Of a stretch of DNA of 64,000 nucleotides, positions 1-9,824 are shown piece by piece. Positions within the stretch are counted from its first letter, which is position 1, and each line of letters begins with the position of its first letter. The notes beneath the pieces were generated by a model. That model was given only the letters and a program-made list of their open reading frames with translations. It was not told the DNA's origin and ran no database searches. The DNA lies in the IMG/VR virus record IMGVR_UViG_3300050821_013430, positions 372,001 to 436,000 of that record. One strand, given 5' to 3'. Both the position numbers and the translations under genes were made by a program.

Positions 1-389
1 GCCCAAAACGAAACCGATGGCAATCCCACCCCATATCGCAGACCAGAACGCCACCTTTCTTGTCGAACGCCAGAACGGCGACCAATCCTTCTTCGGCTTG
101 GGGGCGGGCGGTTCTTCGGGGATATCCATTGCAGCGGGCTCCCTATAACTCGTCGTTGCTTCCACTTCGCCGGAACCGTTGCAATCGAGACACTTTTGCT
201 TACTCATGATTACACCTTCCCTTTCTTCCAACAGGCATTCCGAAACTCGGTCTCATCGAACTTTGGGTTGTCCCTGAACAGATCGACGAAGGCGTTGATG
301 ACATCCAACTTATGAACGCCGCAGCAAGCAGGCCCAATGATGTTGGCAATCTTGATGGCCTTGTCAAAGTCCTTTTGGCTGCTCATCGG

Positions 390-752
390 TCATTGCCCTT
401 TCAGAACGGCATCGACGCGCACCAACGCTCGTTCATCATCAGCCTTGTCGTTCTCTACATCCAAAGAGCCGTGGAAAACGATGCAGTCTCGGGCAACGAC
501 CAAAGCATCGCGCATTCTTTCAGTCTTCTCCTGCTCGTTATCCAAGGCATTGACCAATTCGACGGTATGTCCATCCGCAGCAACTTGCAACAGACGCACC
601 TTCTCTCGCAGTTTCAGTATCTCCCGAGCCATCTCGTGGCCCTCATAGGGGCCAAAGACTTCGGCCAACTCGACGAGTCGGTCTTCGGATACACCTTTCA
701 TTGTCTCGCTCCTTACTTGCTTGCCTTCATCAGAATCGGAACCAATCGACAA
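390..752 (-). CDS. hypothetical protein (coiled-coil)
   Basis: ORF in minus-strand tiling with SD-like upstream sequence. Confidence 0.55.
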   Translation of the reverse strand: MSIGSDSDEGKQVRSETMKGVSEDRLVELAEVFGPYEGHEMAREILKLREKVRLLQVAADGHTVELVNALDNEQEKTERMRDALVVARDCIVFHGSLDVENDKADDERALVRVDAVLKGQ

Positions 753-991
753 GTCAGTTTATGATCCTCGAATGTCTTAGGGTAGGAGAGAAATTCTCGA
801 CAATCTGGGCAGAAACCAGACAACTCCCCGTAATACCCAACCTCAAAGGAGAGGTAGAGTTTGACCAGCATCTCGATGGTCTGCTCCGGGGTGAGCGAAG
901 GTAGGCCGGTCGGGTGTTCTAACTTGCAGTTTGGCCGAAAGAACCAATGCCCAGATTCTTCCTGTCTGCATCCTTCGGGATGAGTGTTCAT
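713..991 (-). CDS. hypothetical protein, CxxC motif
   Basis: Start reset to MNTHP (GGAG-like SD upstream); CPDC motif. Confidence 0.45.
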   Translation of the reverse strand: MNTHPEGCRQEESGHWFFRPNCKLEHPTGLPSLTPEQTIEMLVKLYLSFEVGYYGELSGFCPDCREFLSYPKTFEDHKLTCRLVPILMKASK

Positions 992-1007
992 TGTCTTGCT
1001 CCTCGGG

Positions 1008-1262
1008 TTAGGGTCGGTAGTTGAAAGTGATAGACATCCCGGTGGTGTTGGGCTCGGTGCAGATATACACCTTCGACTTCCAGGGATAACAGCAGCGGAT
1101 GAATTTGCAGGACAAGGATTGGTCAGGCGTTTGGTAGATGCCCTTCTCGTAGTCGAAGGTACCCGCACACCCGCACATGCTCAACAACACCAATAGACCG
1201 ATATACCTCACCCAATAATGCGGGGCTATTCCTTGCGGACGTGTAGAAGCATCCGACACCAT
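1008..1262 (-). CDS. putative lipoprotein/membrane protein
   Basis: Hydrophobic stretch followed by MCGC lipobox-like motif. Confidence 0.45.
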   Translation of the reverse strand: MVSDASTRPQGIAPHYWVRYIGLLVLLSMCGCAGTFDYEKGIYQTPDQSLSCKFIRCCYPWKSKVYICTEPNTTGMSITFNYRP

Positions 1263-1264
1263 TG

Positions 1265-1400
1265 GTGATATACTCTCCGAATGGTTTTAGCCGTTCGAGA
1301 TTGTGCCATCAACGCTGAGAGCCTGCTTGCCACGCTTGCGCGTGGGCTTCGCAGGTCTTACCTCAACTCCGACAAGGGTTGATATCCCAACCCCGTTCTT
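1265..1400 (-). ncRNA. putative omegaRNA scaffold of TnpB
   Basis: Structured 3' end overlapping the tnpB C-terminus; terminal hairpin TCGAACGG/CCATTCGG then TCAC end; 5' boundary approximate. Confidence 0.55.
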
Positions 1401-2522
1401 GCTTTTCAGCAAGGACATACCTTGTGTATGAATGTTGATCGCGGCATTCGCATCACGATCGTGATGCGTGCCGCAGTTTGAGCAATCCCATTCTCGATCT
1501 TTTAGGTCGAGAGTCTCATTGATATGCTGGCAGCAAGAACAAGTCTTGCTGCTCGGATAGAAACGATCAATGAAGATCACCTTTGAGCCATACTTGCTGG
1601 CCATATAGACCAGTTTCTGAACGAAGGAGTAGAGGCCTAAGTCTCCAATCTTGCGACTACATAAGGCTTGCATCCCTTTCAGGTTGAGGGTCTCTAAGCA
1701 AATTGTCTCGTAGGTTTGCACCAATTGGTAAGCCAACTGCCAGTGAAAGTCTTTTCGTTGGTTGGCGATGTCGTCATGAGCCTTGGCAAGCGCACGAAGT
1801 GCGCGCTTGCTATTCCCACTACCCTTGACCTTACTATCTAACTGCTGATTGAGTCTCCTGATCTTCTTGCTGCTTTGCTTGAAGAACAAGGGAGATTGGA
1901 TCGCTGTACCATCACTTCCTGTCAGGAAGTTTTTGAGCCCGAAGTCGAAACCGACGCTTTTACCCGATCTGGTTTCTTGTTTGGACGCTTCCTGAAAGTC
2001 TGTGGTGATGTAGATGAACCATTCTCCTAATGAGTTCTTTTTGACGGTGAGGGTTTTGATCTTACCCTCCCAGTCTCGGTGCTTGTGAAACCGAAATGTC
2101 TTTCCTCCTCGGCCGTGATAACTTTGTCCGCTGATGTAGAGCGTGTTGTCATCGAGTAGTTTGTAGCCAGTATCTTGCCTGAATGTGATGCTCCGATACT
2201 TGGGCGTCTTCTTGAATTTAGGAGGAGAGGTTTTTACGCCACGTCTCAGATCGTCAAAGAAGTGATCATAGCCGATGTATATACGGTCAACAATCTGACG
2301 AGTGGCTGTAGCATTGATCATCTGCCAGGCAGAATTAGGCTCGTTTCGCCTATCTCGCACCAGCCCATACATGTCGTAGAGACTGATGTAGGTCTTATCC
2401 CGAGAATATGCTTCCCGCTTGGTCAAAAGAACCCAATTGTAGATGTCGCAAGCCACCGTGAGCAAGGCGTCCAAATAGCGGGTTTTGCGAGTGGTATAGA
2501 GTTTGTAGGCGTAGGTCTTCAT
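1287..2522 (-). CDS. tnpB: RNA-guided endonuclease TnpB (IS200/IS605 family)
   Basis: RuvC-I GFDFG, RuvC-II ETL, zinc finger PSSKTCSCC...CSNC, RuvC-III DRDANAAINI; catalytic D/E/D intact. Confidence 0.95.
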   Translation of the reverse strand: MKTYAYKLYTTRKTRYLDALLTVACDIYNWVLLTKREAYSRDKTYISLYDMYGLVRDRRNEPNSAWQMINATATRQIVDRIYIGYDHFFDDLRRGVKTSPPKFKKTPKYRSITFRQDTGYKLLDDNTLYISGQSYHGRGGKTFRFHKHRDWEGKIKTLTVKKNSLGEWFIYITTDFQEASKQETRSGKSVGFDFGLKNFLTGSDGTAIQSPLFFKQSSKKIRRLNQQLDSKVKGSGNSKRALRALAKAHDDIANQRKDFHWQLAYQLVQTYETICLETLNLKGMQALCSRKIGDLGLYSFVQKLVYMASKYGSKVIFIDRFYPSSKTCSCCQHINETLDLKDREWDCSNCGTHHDRDANAAINIHTQGMSLLKSKNGVGISTLVGVEVRPAKPTRKRGKQALSVDGTISNG

Positions 2523-2530
2523 CTCACCAT

Positions 2531-2559
2531 ATCGTAATCCTCTGAGAGATGGTTGTCAA
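2531..2559 (-). promoter_or_regulatory. sigma70-type promoter for tnpB
   Basis: TTGACA-17 bp-TACGAT, 8 nt before the ATG. Confidence 0.7.
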
Positions 2560-2960
2560 GTGATCTTCTTTGGAAGGTGTAGGTGCATACGACACCAATT
2601 GCAGTATACGCACACCTCTTCCGTTCCCTTCGTATGACATTGCACACCCACTTTCTTGAACGGACAGGTCTTGTCGTTCAGGTCGTGCGATAGAGAGTGA
2701 TGCACGCACTCCTGCACCATCTTGCGTTCCAATTCATTCCGTTCCTCAATCAATCGATTGATGCGACCATCCAGACGAATGAGTTGCAAGAGGTAATCGG
2801 GGAAGGGATCGATGGCGTCTTGCGGTTTAGGAGTAGGTATTGGATTGAGGGTGGTATCGGGCAATCGAATGTCTCCCACCTCTTCGAGAGAGCATCCCAG
2901 TAAAGAGGCTAATCCTTCCCAATTGACCGTTGCGGCCGTGTATCTATCACCACTGCTCAT
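2556..2960 (-). CDS. hypothetical protein with C-terminal Cys/His cluster
   Basis: ORF in tiling; coiled-coil followed by C..C..C..C. Confidence 0.6.
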   Translation of the reverse strand: MSSGDRYTAATVNWEGLASLLGCSLEEVGDIRLPDTTLNPIPTPKPQDAIDPFPDYLLQLIRLDGRINRLIEERNELERKMVQECVHHSLSHDLNDKTCPFKKVGVQCHTKGTEEVCVYCNWCRMHLHLPKKIT

Positions 2961-2963
2961 TGG

Positions 2964-3209
2964 TCATCCTCCTTCGTATTCATGGACACACTCAGATGAG
3001 GCTGATTTCGGATTGCTTGGATGCAACCCGCACTTGACACAGAGTTTGGCATCCCGCTTCTTGGGTGCTTCTTTGGCTACTACCTTCTCGGCCTCGGGGT
3101 ATTCATGAGCAAAGCCATATTGGCATCCTTTTCCAGGGTTTAGACACCAGGGACGCTTGTCGCTTTCGGGTCGAATGCAGAAGAGGCAGAGACGATCGCT
3201 CATTGGCAT
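2964..3209 (-). CDS. Cys-rich zinc-finger-like protein
   Basis: CLFC...C...C and CVKC...H motifs; start reset to MPMSD. Confidence 0.5.
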   Translation of the reverse strand: MPMSDRLCLFCIRPESDKRPWCLNPGKGCQYGFAHEYPEAEKVVAKEAPKKRDAKLCVKCGLHPSNPKSASSECVHEYEGG

Positions 3210-3225
3210 AACCTCGTATGAGTGT

Positions 3226-3612
3226 ATGAGTTCAGACTTGCTACTTGCTTTAGCGGAACACTTTGAGGCCCTCGCTATCGGCACCGTACATGACCTTGGC
3301 AAACGAAGACTACTTACCACCGTCCTCGAAGCCATTCGTTTGCGGAAAGACCCTTGGGAGCATACCAGCGCTCTCTTGAAAGGGGTAGATCGGAAGCAGG
3401 TTTCGGATGCCCTCTTCTACCTGTTCGAGTACGGGGAGATCACCTACAATCGGGAACACGGATATGCCTTAGTCCCGAAGTCCCAACAACCCAAACTCTC
3501 TCCTGAGAGCATCCGCCCCATTGAGAGAGATGTCGCCAAACAAGACAGGATCGCTCTGCAAAACCAGAGGCTATGGGACGCCATCCTGAATGCCAAGAAG
3601 CCTCAGCGATAG
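3226..3612 (+). CDS. putative winged-helix protein
   Basis: VDRKQVSDALFYLFEYGEITYNREHGYAL resembles a wHTH recognition helix plus wing; fills a gap in the minus-strand tiling. Confidence 0.4.
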   Translation: MSSDLLLALAEHFEALAIGTVHDLGKRRLLTTVLEAIRLRKDPWEHTSALLKGVDRKQVSDALFYLFEYGEITYNREHGYALVPKSQQPKLSPESIRPIERDVAKQDRIALQNQRLWDAILNAKKPQR

Positions 3613-3754
3613 ACCGAGGACAAGAGCACCAATTCCCAGGCGATGATGATAGCCGATATCCAAACGGCCCTCTCATAACCCATCTCCTTTCGATAGGCAT
3701 AGAAGGCGTAGATCAGAACGAGGATGGAAGCGCCACCAACCAGTAATGGCATCA

Positions 3755-4285
3755 TCATCGGTAAACGCCCATCTTCAATTGCGCCCGCATCTCTTCCGGT
3801 ATCTCCTGACCATTGCCCATGGCCAGTCTTTCGCAGTAAGCGCGGAAACTGTCGCCATCCACCCTGATATACTCACTTGTTCGTGAGACCGTAATGCTAT
3901 TACGAGTGCATAACTCGATGAACAGGGTAGCCATCTTCTCGAAGTAGCGATTACTTGCCACACCGAAGTCAGCACCACCAACGAGCCAATGATCCGCCTC
4001 TGGTAGGCTGCCGATGTACTTGAAGGCTGCTTTCATCGAACGCTCAATGTCCAACCTCTCCTCCGCAAACCTCTTGACTAATGGCTTGGCGCATTCCTTG
4101 AACAACTCCTCATAGTCAATCGGCTCCGGTGATGGAAGAAGTTTGGTAGTGATGACGGAGTGATCTCCTTCTTGATAGGGAGGGAGTTCGGGCGACTTCT
4201 TCTTCCGAGGAAACACGCCCATCCACCATCCCATCCCCGCAAAACCAATGAACAACAGCAGCGATAGCGTTATCACCATAGTCAT
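3755..4285 (-). CDS. membrane-anchored hypothetical protein
   Basis: N-terminal TM helix followed by a basic stop-transfer RKKK. Confidence 0.6.
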   Translation of the reverse strand: MTMVITLSLLLFIGFAGMGWWMGVFPRKKKSPELPPYQEGDHSVITTKLLPSPEPIDYEELFKECAKPLVKRFAEERLDIERSMKAAFKYIGSLPEADHWLVGGADFGVASNRYFEKMATLFIELCTRNSITVSRTSEYIRVDGDSFRAYCERLAMGNGQEIPEEMRAQLKMGVYR

Positions 4286-4650
4286 TCTCCCTTCAACCAA
4301 TTGAGTGCTCGTGCGAAGAAGCCAGGCTTCTTTGGCATCCTTCGTTGTTCGTCCATATCCTGATGGACATAGTAGAGACAATCGCCTTGGTCAGAGTTGA
4401 TGATCATTCCGCCATCATCCATCGCATAGACCTCGGCCTCGGCATACCCATACACCTTGACTTGATCATTGGCGAGGGCTTTGGCTTCCTCTTCGGAGAA
4501 TGCCGTTTGGATATGACTCAGGCCAGAGCCTGGTGGAATCGCCTTCACCGCATAGCGCATAGTCTTCTTCGACGCCTCGTAGTCCGCTGCCTCCGCACGC
4601 AGCATCGCCTGAAACTGCTCCTCATTGTCTTTCTCATCGTCTTGGTTCAT
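4282..4650 (-). CDS. hypothetical protein
   Basis: ATGA-coupled to neighbours. Confidence 0.55.
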   Translation of the reverse strand: MNQDDEKDNEEQFQAMLRAEAADYEASKKTMRYAVKAIPPGSGLSHIQTAFSEEEAKALANDQVKVYGYAEAEVYAMDDGGMIINSDQGDCLYYVHQDMDEQRRMPKKPGFFARALNWLKGE

Positions 4651-4976
4651 CGGACTTCCTCCTTCGGTATATGCCCGCCTGCCGCTTCCCAATAAGTGAA
4701 GCGTGTGGCCTCCCAAGAGAGAAGGGATCGATACCCATCATCCTTCAACATCCGTATCTTGCCGCAAAAGGCGCAGCGCCACACCGTTCCCTCATACAAG
4801 GGACGGAAGGTGATCCAATTCCAAAACCGATACCAGAGTCCGGGTGGTTCGCACTTATGCGGTTTGATCGGAGGCGGAGGTTTGCGGGCTCGGATGATCC
4901 CTCCGACTTTCAGAGGCACCACTTCGGTCTTGGCGAGAGTGTCCGGAATGCGATAGGGCTGAATCTCGTTGCTCAT
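4647..4976 (-). CDS. zinc-binding paralog family A protein
   Basis: PYR...HKC.PP...WRCxxC...W...GG pattern shared with 16946 and 22253. Confidence 0.6.
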   Translation of the reverse strand: MSNEIQPYRIPDTLAKTEVVPLKVGGIIRARKPPPPIKPHKCEPPGLWYRFWNWITFRPLYEGTVWRCAFCGKIRMLKDDGYRSLLSWEATRFTYWEAAGGHIPKEEVR

Positions 4977-5194
4977 TGCCGTTTTCCTCCCACCATAGTC
5001 AGTATATTGGCCACTACCGCTGTTCCTACAACGGTTTCCAACAACGCCTCTATACACTTCAAGTCGTTTGGACGCACTCCCTTCTTTCGGAGGGCTTTCA
5101 GGATACCGGCCTTGGCCTCCAATATCTCCTTGCCAGTTCTAAACACGGCCAATTGACGACGCTTCTTTCCCGTTCTCTTCGATGCCCTCTTCAT
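4973..5194 (-). CDS. basic hypothetical protein
   Basis: ATGA-coupled ORF. Confidence 0.45.
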   Translation of the reverse strand: MKRASKRTGKKRRQLAVFRTGKEILEAKAGILKALRKKGVRPNDLKCIEALLETVVGTAVVANILTMVGGKRQ

Positions 5195-5417
5195 TATCCT
5201 TCACCATACCCTTGGGTTGCCATAGGCTACCGTGTCAGTCTTCTTCCCACATTGTCCGCAGAGGTAGTGCTTGCCCCACTGAGAGGTGTAGGTCTTCCAA
5301 TAGTGGTCGCACCATAATCGTCGCCACAGAGAACACAGCCATTGGATCATATCTCACTCCTCCTATACGCCCTCAGGAAGCGTTTTGCCCTCAGGATGAC
5401 CCGAGAGACGTACCTAA

Positions 5418-5813
5418 TCAGTCCGAATTGATGGCGGGCTCATTAGGAGCGTCCGCACCCTCTTCCTCATCCTCGTCCCGCCCCGAGCGTTCGCGTTGCT
5501 CCTTCGTCCAATTCTCCCAATTGAAACTCTCATCATTGCCTCGGCGCGTATTGCAGAACCAATGGCTAATCGAGAGGTTATCCATCTCATCACTGCCACC
5601 CTTCGAGAGTGGGGTTTTGTGCTCGATTGTGGCAGCAGAGGGATTGACGTGTCTTTTGCAGACGAAACAGGGAACAATCCCGTCGTTTTGCTTGCTTAGG
5701 TACTTGTAGAGAGTTTCGCGACGGGAGGCGAGTTTTTCTCGTCGTAAGCGGGCGAGGGCTTTCTTGCTGGGCTTTCTCATGTCGAGGTCTATATCCCGCC
5801 GAATCAGGATCAA
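5418..5813 (-). CDS. HNH endonuclease
   Basis: CFVC...ATIEHKTPLSKGGSDEMDNLSISHWFCN: HNH signature. Confidence 0.85.
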   Translation of the reverse strand: MILIRRDIDLDMRKPSKKALARLRREKLASRRETLYKYLSKQNDGIVPCFVCKRHVNPSAATIEHKTPLSKGGSDEMDNLSISHWFCNTRRGNDESFNWENWTKEQRERSGRDEDEEEGADAPNEPAINSD

Positions 5814-6201
5814 TCCTTTTGATTGACCGACCCCTTGACACCTAATTCCGCAGATACCAGATCTGAGATGTCCTCACAAGTAGATCTTAGTCAGAAGTAG
5901 AGATGTAAGAGAGTGAGATCAGGGGCGGGTCTTCTTCTTGTCGGATAGGTAGACTACTATGTTCGCCACCACCGACCCCAGGAACATCAGGAAACCAACA
6001 CCAATCAGTATTAGAGGGACTAACATTGACTTGTTCCTTCCAATTGACGGTCATACCATCCACATATCCAAACCACGAACGCAGAGTAGAGCATCGCTGC
6101 TACTCCTGCTATCACCGTGTATTGCCACACATTCACTGTTGAGTAGAGAATGAACAGCACGCAGATCACTCTCACCCAACGGTGTAGGGAAGTGTAATGC
6201 T

Positions 6202-6702
6202 TCATCCAATCCCCAGCCATTGCAACGTCCGTCGCCATAGAGAAGGCATAGGAATGGGTTCTTGTACGCGTTCGTAGGTATGCGCGATCTTGGTAGCCTC
6301 TTGATTATCAGGATGTGGGCGCTCTCCCCAGCCGAAGCCAATGCGATCCTCTTTGCAGATTGGATGGATCTCCACTGGTTTGCATCGCTCCTGAATTGCC
6401 ATCCCCCAGAAGGTGAAGGCCAAAACCAAACTGGTCGTTCTCTCGATACAGTCTGCCAGAGGAACAACGATCTGCTTATGCTCGGGTAGTTGCTTGGACA
6501 CGATCCATCCCCTTTCGTATGTCCAATCGATGTAGTAGCGAGCGTAGATCGGGGGAGACTGTCCCTGACGAACGGGGAGGATGAGGGGGAGTTCGGGCAG
6601 GGTATGAGCCTGTCGATCTTTAGCTCTCGTTTCGTCCATCCAATGGGCATTGTAGACGGGAGGGAGGGGCTTCTTGGTTTGCTTAGTCGTATTGGTAGAC
6701 AT
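6202..6702 (-). CDS. hypothetical protein
   Basis: ORF in tiling with GGAG SD. Confidence 0.55.
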   Translation of the reverse strand: MSTNTTKQTKKPLPPVYNAHWMDETRAKDRQAHTLPELPLILPVRQGQSPPIYARYYIDWTYERGWIVSKQLPEHKQIVVPLADCIERTTSLVLAFTFWGMAIQERCKPVEIHPICKEDRIGFGWGERPHPDNQEATKIAHTYERVQEPIPMPSLWRRTLQWLGIG

Positions 6703-6714
6703 CGGTTCTTCTCC

Positions 6715-7329
6715 TCAGTTCCAGCCCATATACCACTGCACCGACGGAGCCAGGGCATTCTCGGTTTGACCGTTGGGGAAGGCGGTTTGAGCAGTGATTA
6801 CGCGGAACATAAAGCCCACCCTCCGATGATCTCGCTCACTCCAAGGGGCGATCCTCCAATCATACCCAATACCAATACCAATGTTGCCTCCCCAAGCGGT
6901 GGCGCTGGTCTCTGCTGCGAGAGAAACCGCGGAAACGCCACTGGTCAGTAGAATATGCAGGCCCCTATACGGCACGGGATACCAATCAAGATAGGGCCCA
7001 GCGCTAAACAGGTTGAGACTGACATCGTTGGAAGTCGGATGGTTTTGCACCCCATTGACGGTCACGGCCGTGACGATCGATGCCACTTCCGATCCATATA
7101 CCCCGAAGGCCAAACCCGGCAGAACATACCCACCGAGATAGGTCTCAAACGAGAGCGCAGGGCCTCCGACAGAAACGCCGCTCAAACTCTCGGCGTCTTG
7201 AACGGCCCCGATACCGAAACCTGCTCGGGCTTGAACATCTCCGATCTGGCGTTCTCGCTCTTGCGCATAGGCAGGAGCCACCATCGTTGTTGCCATTGCT
7301 ACCACCGCACACATCATTGTCTTCTTCAT
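6715..7329 (-). CDS. outer-membrane beta-barrel-like protein
   Basis: Sec signal (MKKTMM...AYA), amphipathic Gly/aromatic strands, aromatic C-terminus (WYMGWN). Confidence 0.65.
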   Translation of the reverse strand: MKKTMMCAVVAMATTMVAPAYAQERERQIGDVQARAGFGIGAVQDAESLSGVSVGGPALSFETYLGGYVLPGLAFGVYGSEVASIVTAVTVNGVQNHPTSNDVSLNLFSAGPYLDWYPVPYRGLHILLTSGVSAVSLAAETSATAWGGNIGIGIGYDWRIAPWSERDHRRVGFMFRVITAQTAFPNGQTENALAPSVQWYMGWN

Positions 7330-7368
7330 TGTCGTTCTCCTTTCAGTATTCCCGGCCGATCAAAACCA

Positions 7369-7424
7369 GAATGGCATTGATCTGCCATTGGACTCCTCGG
7401 CCCACTAACAGATCAATGCCATTC
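7369..7424. repeat. 16-bp perfect intergenic inverted repeat
   Basis: GAATGGCATTGATCTG / CAGATCAATGCCATTC with a 24-nt loop. Confidence 0.85.
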
Positions 7425-7467
7425 AGGCATGCTCCTTCCAGTCATGCCACGACTATGCTTACAGTGC

Positions 7468-8247
7468 TTATACCACGCTTACAGTGTCGATCATGGTAAT
7501 CGCTGGTGCAGGTGCAAGTCTTGCAAACTTGCGCTGATTGTCGAAGCCCAATTCCGCTGCCTCGACATCTCGTCTCCATTGCGGAACATTGGCCCCGAAG
7601 AGCAGTGTTTCCGTTCCTGGCCCGCCGATACGGATGACTACGCTGCCACCGACAGACAAAGTGAAAGGCGTCGAAACGCTATTCATGTAGGAGAACGGAG
7701 CGTTGGCTACCGTCGCCTTGCTGTTGAAGAAACTCTCGAACACGAAGTCGCTTACGGTAACTTCGACGCCGTTGATTACGATACCGTATGACACGTCCTC
7801 GACCGGGGTGCAAGCATCGAGCGCGTATGAGGTGTACCCGTCATCACAATAGGTGACATCAAACCGATTGAGGATCAGTTTGAGTATCTTGCGAGAGAGC
7901 GTTCCTGACACCGTATATTGATGCGGATTGGTGGGGTCTTGCACCATCACGGCTCCGCCGTTGTTTAGGATCTGATCAACGATCACGAACTCAGTGTCCT
8001 TGCCTCCTAAGGGATTGGTCACCACAGACGCGTTGCTGTCTATGATGGCGATTGTCCACGCCCAGTCAGGGGCTACCTGTCCCTTCGGGTAGAATTGGCA
8101 TCGTACATTCGAGATACGCCAAGCCGGTAGGAAGTGCAACCAGAGTTGGTTGTTGATTGCGTTTTGCATTGTTGCTACATCAACATCGTTGACGAGCGTT
8201 GAGTTGTTTACGATTGCTATTAGCATACTGTTCTCCTGTAAGGACAC
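7468..8247 (-). CDS. hypothetical protein, possibly a degenerate zincin-like fold
   Basis: 259 aa; TLSRKILKLI sits where related proteins usually show TLSHE (from recall); downstream CxxVE and VSDFV motifs. Confidence 0.55.
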   Translation of the reverse strand: MSLQENSMLIAIVNNSTLVNDVDVATMQNAINNQLWLHFLPAWRISNVRCQFYPKGQVAPDWAWTIAIIDSNASVVTNPLGGKDTEFVIVDQILNNGGAVMVQDPTNPHQYTVSGTLSRKILKLILNRFDVTYCDDGYTSYALDACTPVEDVSYGIVINGVEVTVSDFVFESFFNSKATVANAPFSYMNSVSTPFTLSVGGSVVIRIGGPGTETLLFGANVPQWRRDVEAAELGFDNQRKFARLAPAPAITMIDTVSVV

Positions 8248-8710
8248 TACTCTTACACGATCTCCATGATCGTTTTGTTGCTCCTCATCCTACAAGAGAT
8301 ACGCATATACACCCCCATTTCAGCGGGGTGAAAAGACGATTGTGGGATAACTCAGCAGTATCACCACCTTAGGGTAGAAGATAGTTGCTCGAATTACCGT
8401 CAATTGAGCATCGCCTCATCGTTTTGCCCTCTTTGGGAAGATAGGTCGGTCATACACCCACGACCACTTACCAATCGTGATAATCCAACTACTACCACCC
8501 TGAGACCATTGGAAACGAACTGCTCCAAACTTGTCCCAGCCGTATTGGGTGTAGGATGCGTCGCTCATTGTCGCCACCTGCTGCGTCCTTCGATCATCCA
8601 ATACCACTTGAATATGCTGATGACCCAAGTGGAATAGGCCACCCAACTTACCAGGGTGATATGGCACCACTTCGGGCCCCAGGTTTTGATCTGCATACCA
8701 GGAAGATCGT

Positions 8711-9079
8711 TCATCGGATGATCAGCCACTTGATTAGGATGGTCAGCCAGATGATACCCACGCCCGCAACATACCCCAGAAAGTCGGTGATGTTGTCGAA
8801 TGGCTGTTGCTTGGGCAGTTCGTAATTGGCGTCATACCAGAACTCCTTGACCGCGGCGAAGAGGATCATTCCGGCAGAGAGAATACCGATCACCATTAGG
8901 TTGGGAAGTGTTGGGTAGGCGATGATTGCGCCAATCGCCAGAATGAGTCCACACCAGCCAGAGTGGGCCATAAACGCAACGTAGTAGTTGTTGGCCATCC
9001 ATGAGTTGCTGATATGGGTTTTGAGCCAGGCTTGAATGCTGATGAGATGAGTTTTCAACCAGATGACGAAGTTGTTCAT
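8711..9079 (-). CDS. multi-pass membrane protein
   Basis: 3-4 hydrophobic helices. Confidence 0.6.
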   Translation of the reverse strand: MNNFVIWLKTHLISIQAWLKTHISNSWMANNYYVAFMAHSGWCGLILAIGAIIAYPTLPNLMVIGILSAGMILFAAVKEFWYDANYELPKQQPFDNITDFLGYVAGVGIIWLTILIKWLIIR

Positions 9080-9101
9080 TGACTTGCTCCTTTACTCAGC
9101 C

Positions 9102-9335
9102 TCATTGCCTAAGGAACGCGGCCTTGCTTACTGCTCGCGCTCGAATGCCCATCTCGTTTCTCTCGGTGAAGACCAGTTCCAACATCACGCATTGGGCAGC
9201 CCAATCAGCAATGCAGTCGTTGCATACATGCACTGATCCAATTCCTGATGCGTGTTGCATCACCTTGACTTTCAGAACGGTAGTTTTACAGAGGGCGCAG
9301 TAATGTCCATCGGCGACGCGGTAAGGAACGTCCAT
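9102..9335 (-). CDS. C4 zinc-finger protein
   Basis: CALC...CNDC. Confidence 0.5.
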   Translation of the reverse strand: MDVPYRVADGHYCALCKTTVLKVKVMQHASGIGSVHVCNDCIADWAAQCVMLELVFTERNEMGIRARAVSKAAFLRQ

Positions 9336-9336
9336 C

Positions 9337-9597
9337 TCAATGCACCTCGTATGTTGTTGGTTTGCCTTCCATCTTTGTCCTGATCCATTCCAATGCCTGC
9401 GTCTTCAATTCTCCCTCTGCGAAGGAGATGGTCTGCGGCATTCCGAAACGGATGAGGAAGTTGCTAAACTCCTCAATGGTGGATACCGAACACCAATCGC
9501 CCGGTGCAGCCTCCATCTTCGGATCGACGAAGAGGCGATACCCGAGCGTTCTCGGCTTGTAGATCTCGCTTTGATACTCCTTGTCCTTCTTACTCAT
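9337..9597 (-). CDS. hypothetical protein
   Basis: AGGAGAACGACCAATG start cassette. Confidence 0.5.
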   Translation of the reverse strand: MSKKDKEYQSEIYKPRTLGYRLFVDPKMEAAPGDWCSVSTIEEFSNFLIRFGMPQTISFAEGELKTQALEWIRTKMEGKPTTYEVH

Positions 9598-9824
9598 TGG
9601 TCGTTCTCCTTCTTCCAACACTTAGGGCATACATCGAAAGGAAACCACGGTGCCAGCCACTTCTCGCAAGTCTTTGTCTCACACTTCGACCAATCCAATC
9701 CACCGTTGTTAGGCATCTCACAGTCAGCAGTATCGCAGACACCGCAGTAGATCTCGTCGCCAATCGCGATAAACTCACTACCGCAATCCTCGCAGCAGTT
9801 TTCGCCAATCATCGTCTCACTCAT
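9594..9824 (-). CDS. Cys-rich zinc-binding protein
   Basis: Multiple CxxC motifs; GGAGAACGACAATG start. Confidence 0.55.
   Translation of the reverse strand: MSETMIGENCCEDCGSEFIAIGDEIYCGVCDTADCEMPNNGGLDWSKCETKTCEKWLAPWFPFDVCPKCWKKENDQ

Larger units (their letters stand above)
1265..2554 (-). mobile_element. IS200/IS605-family TnpB-only element (no tnpA)
   Basis: tnpB; right-end hairpin followed by GAGTATATCAC (ends at 1265); left flank TTGAC; removing the element restores a TGA-CCA-ATG gene junction. Confidence 0.7.

Noticed and set aside
1245-1264. Self-targeting by the TnpB guides within the window
   Set aside because: By eye, only matches of 9 nt or less were found for either predicted guide; an exhaustive search was not possible.
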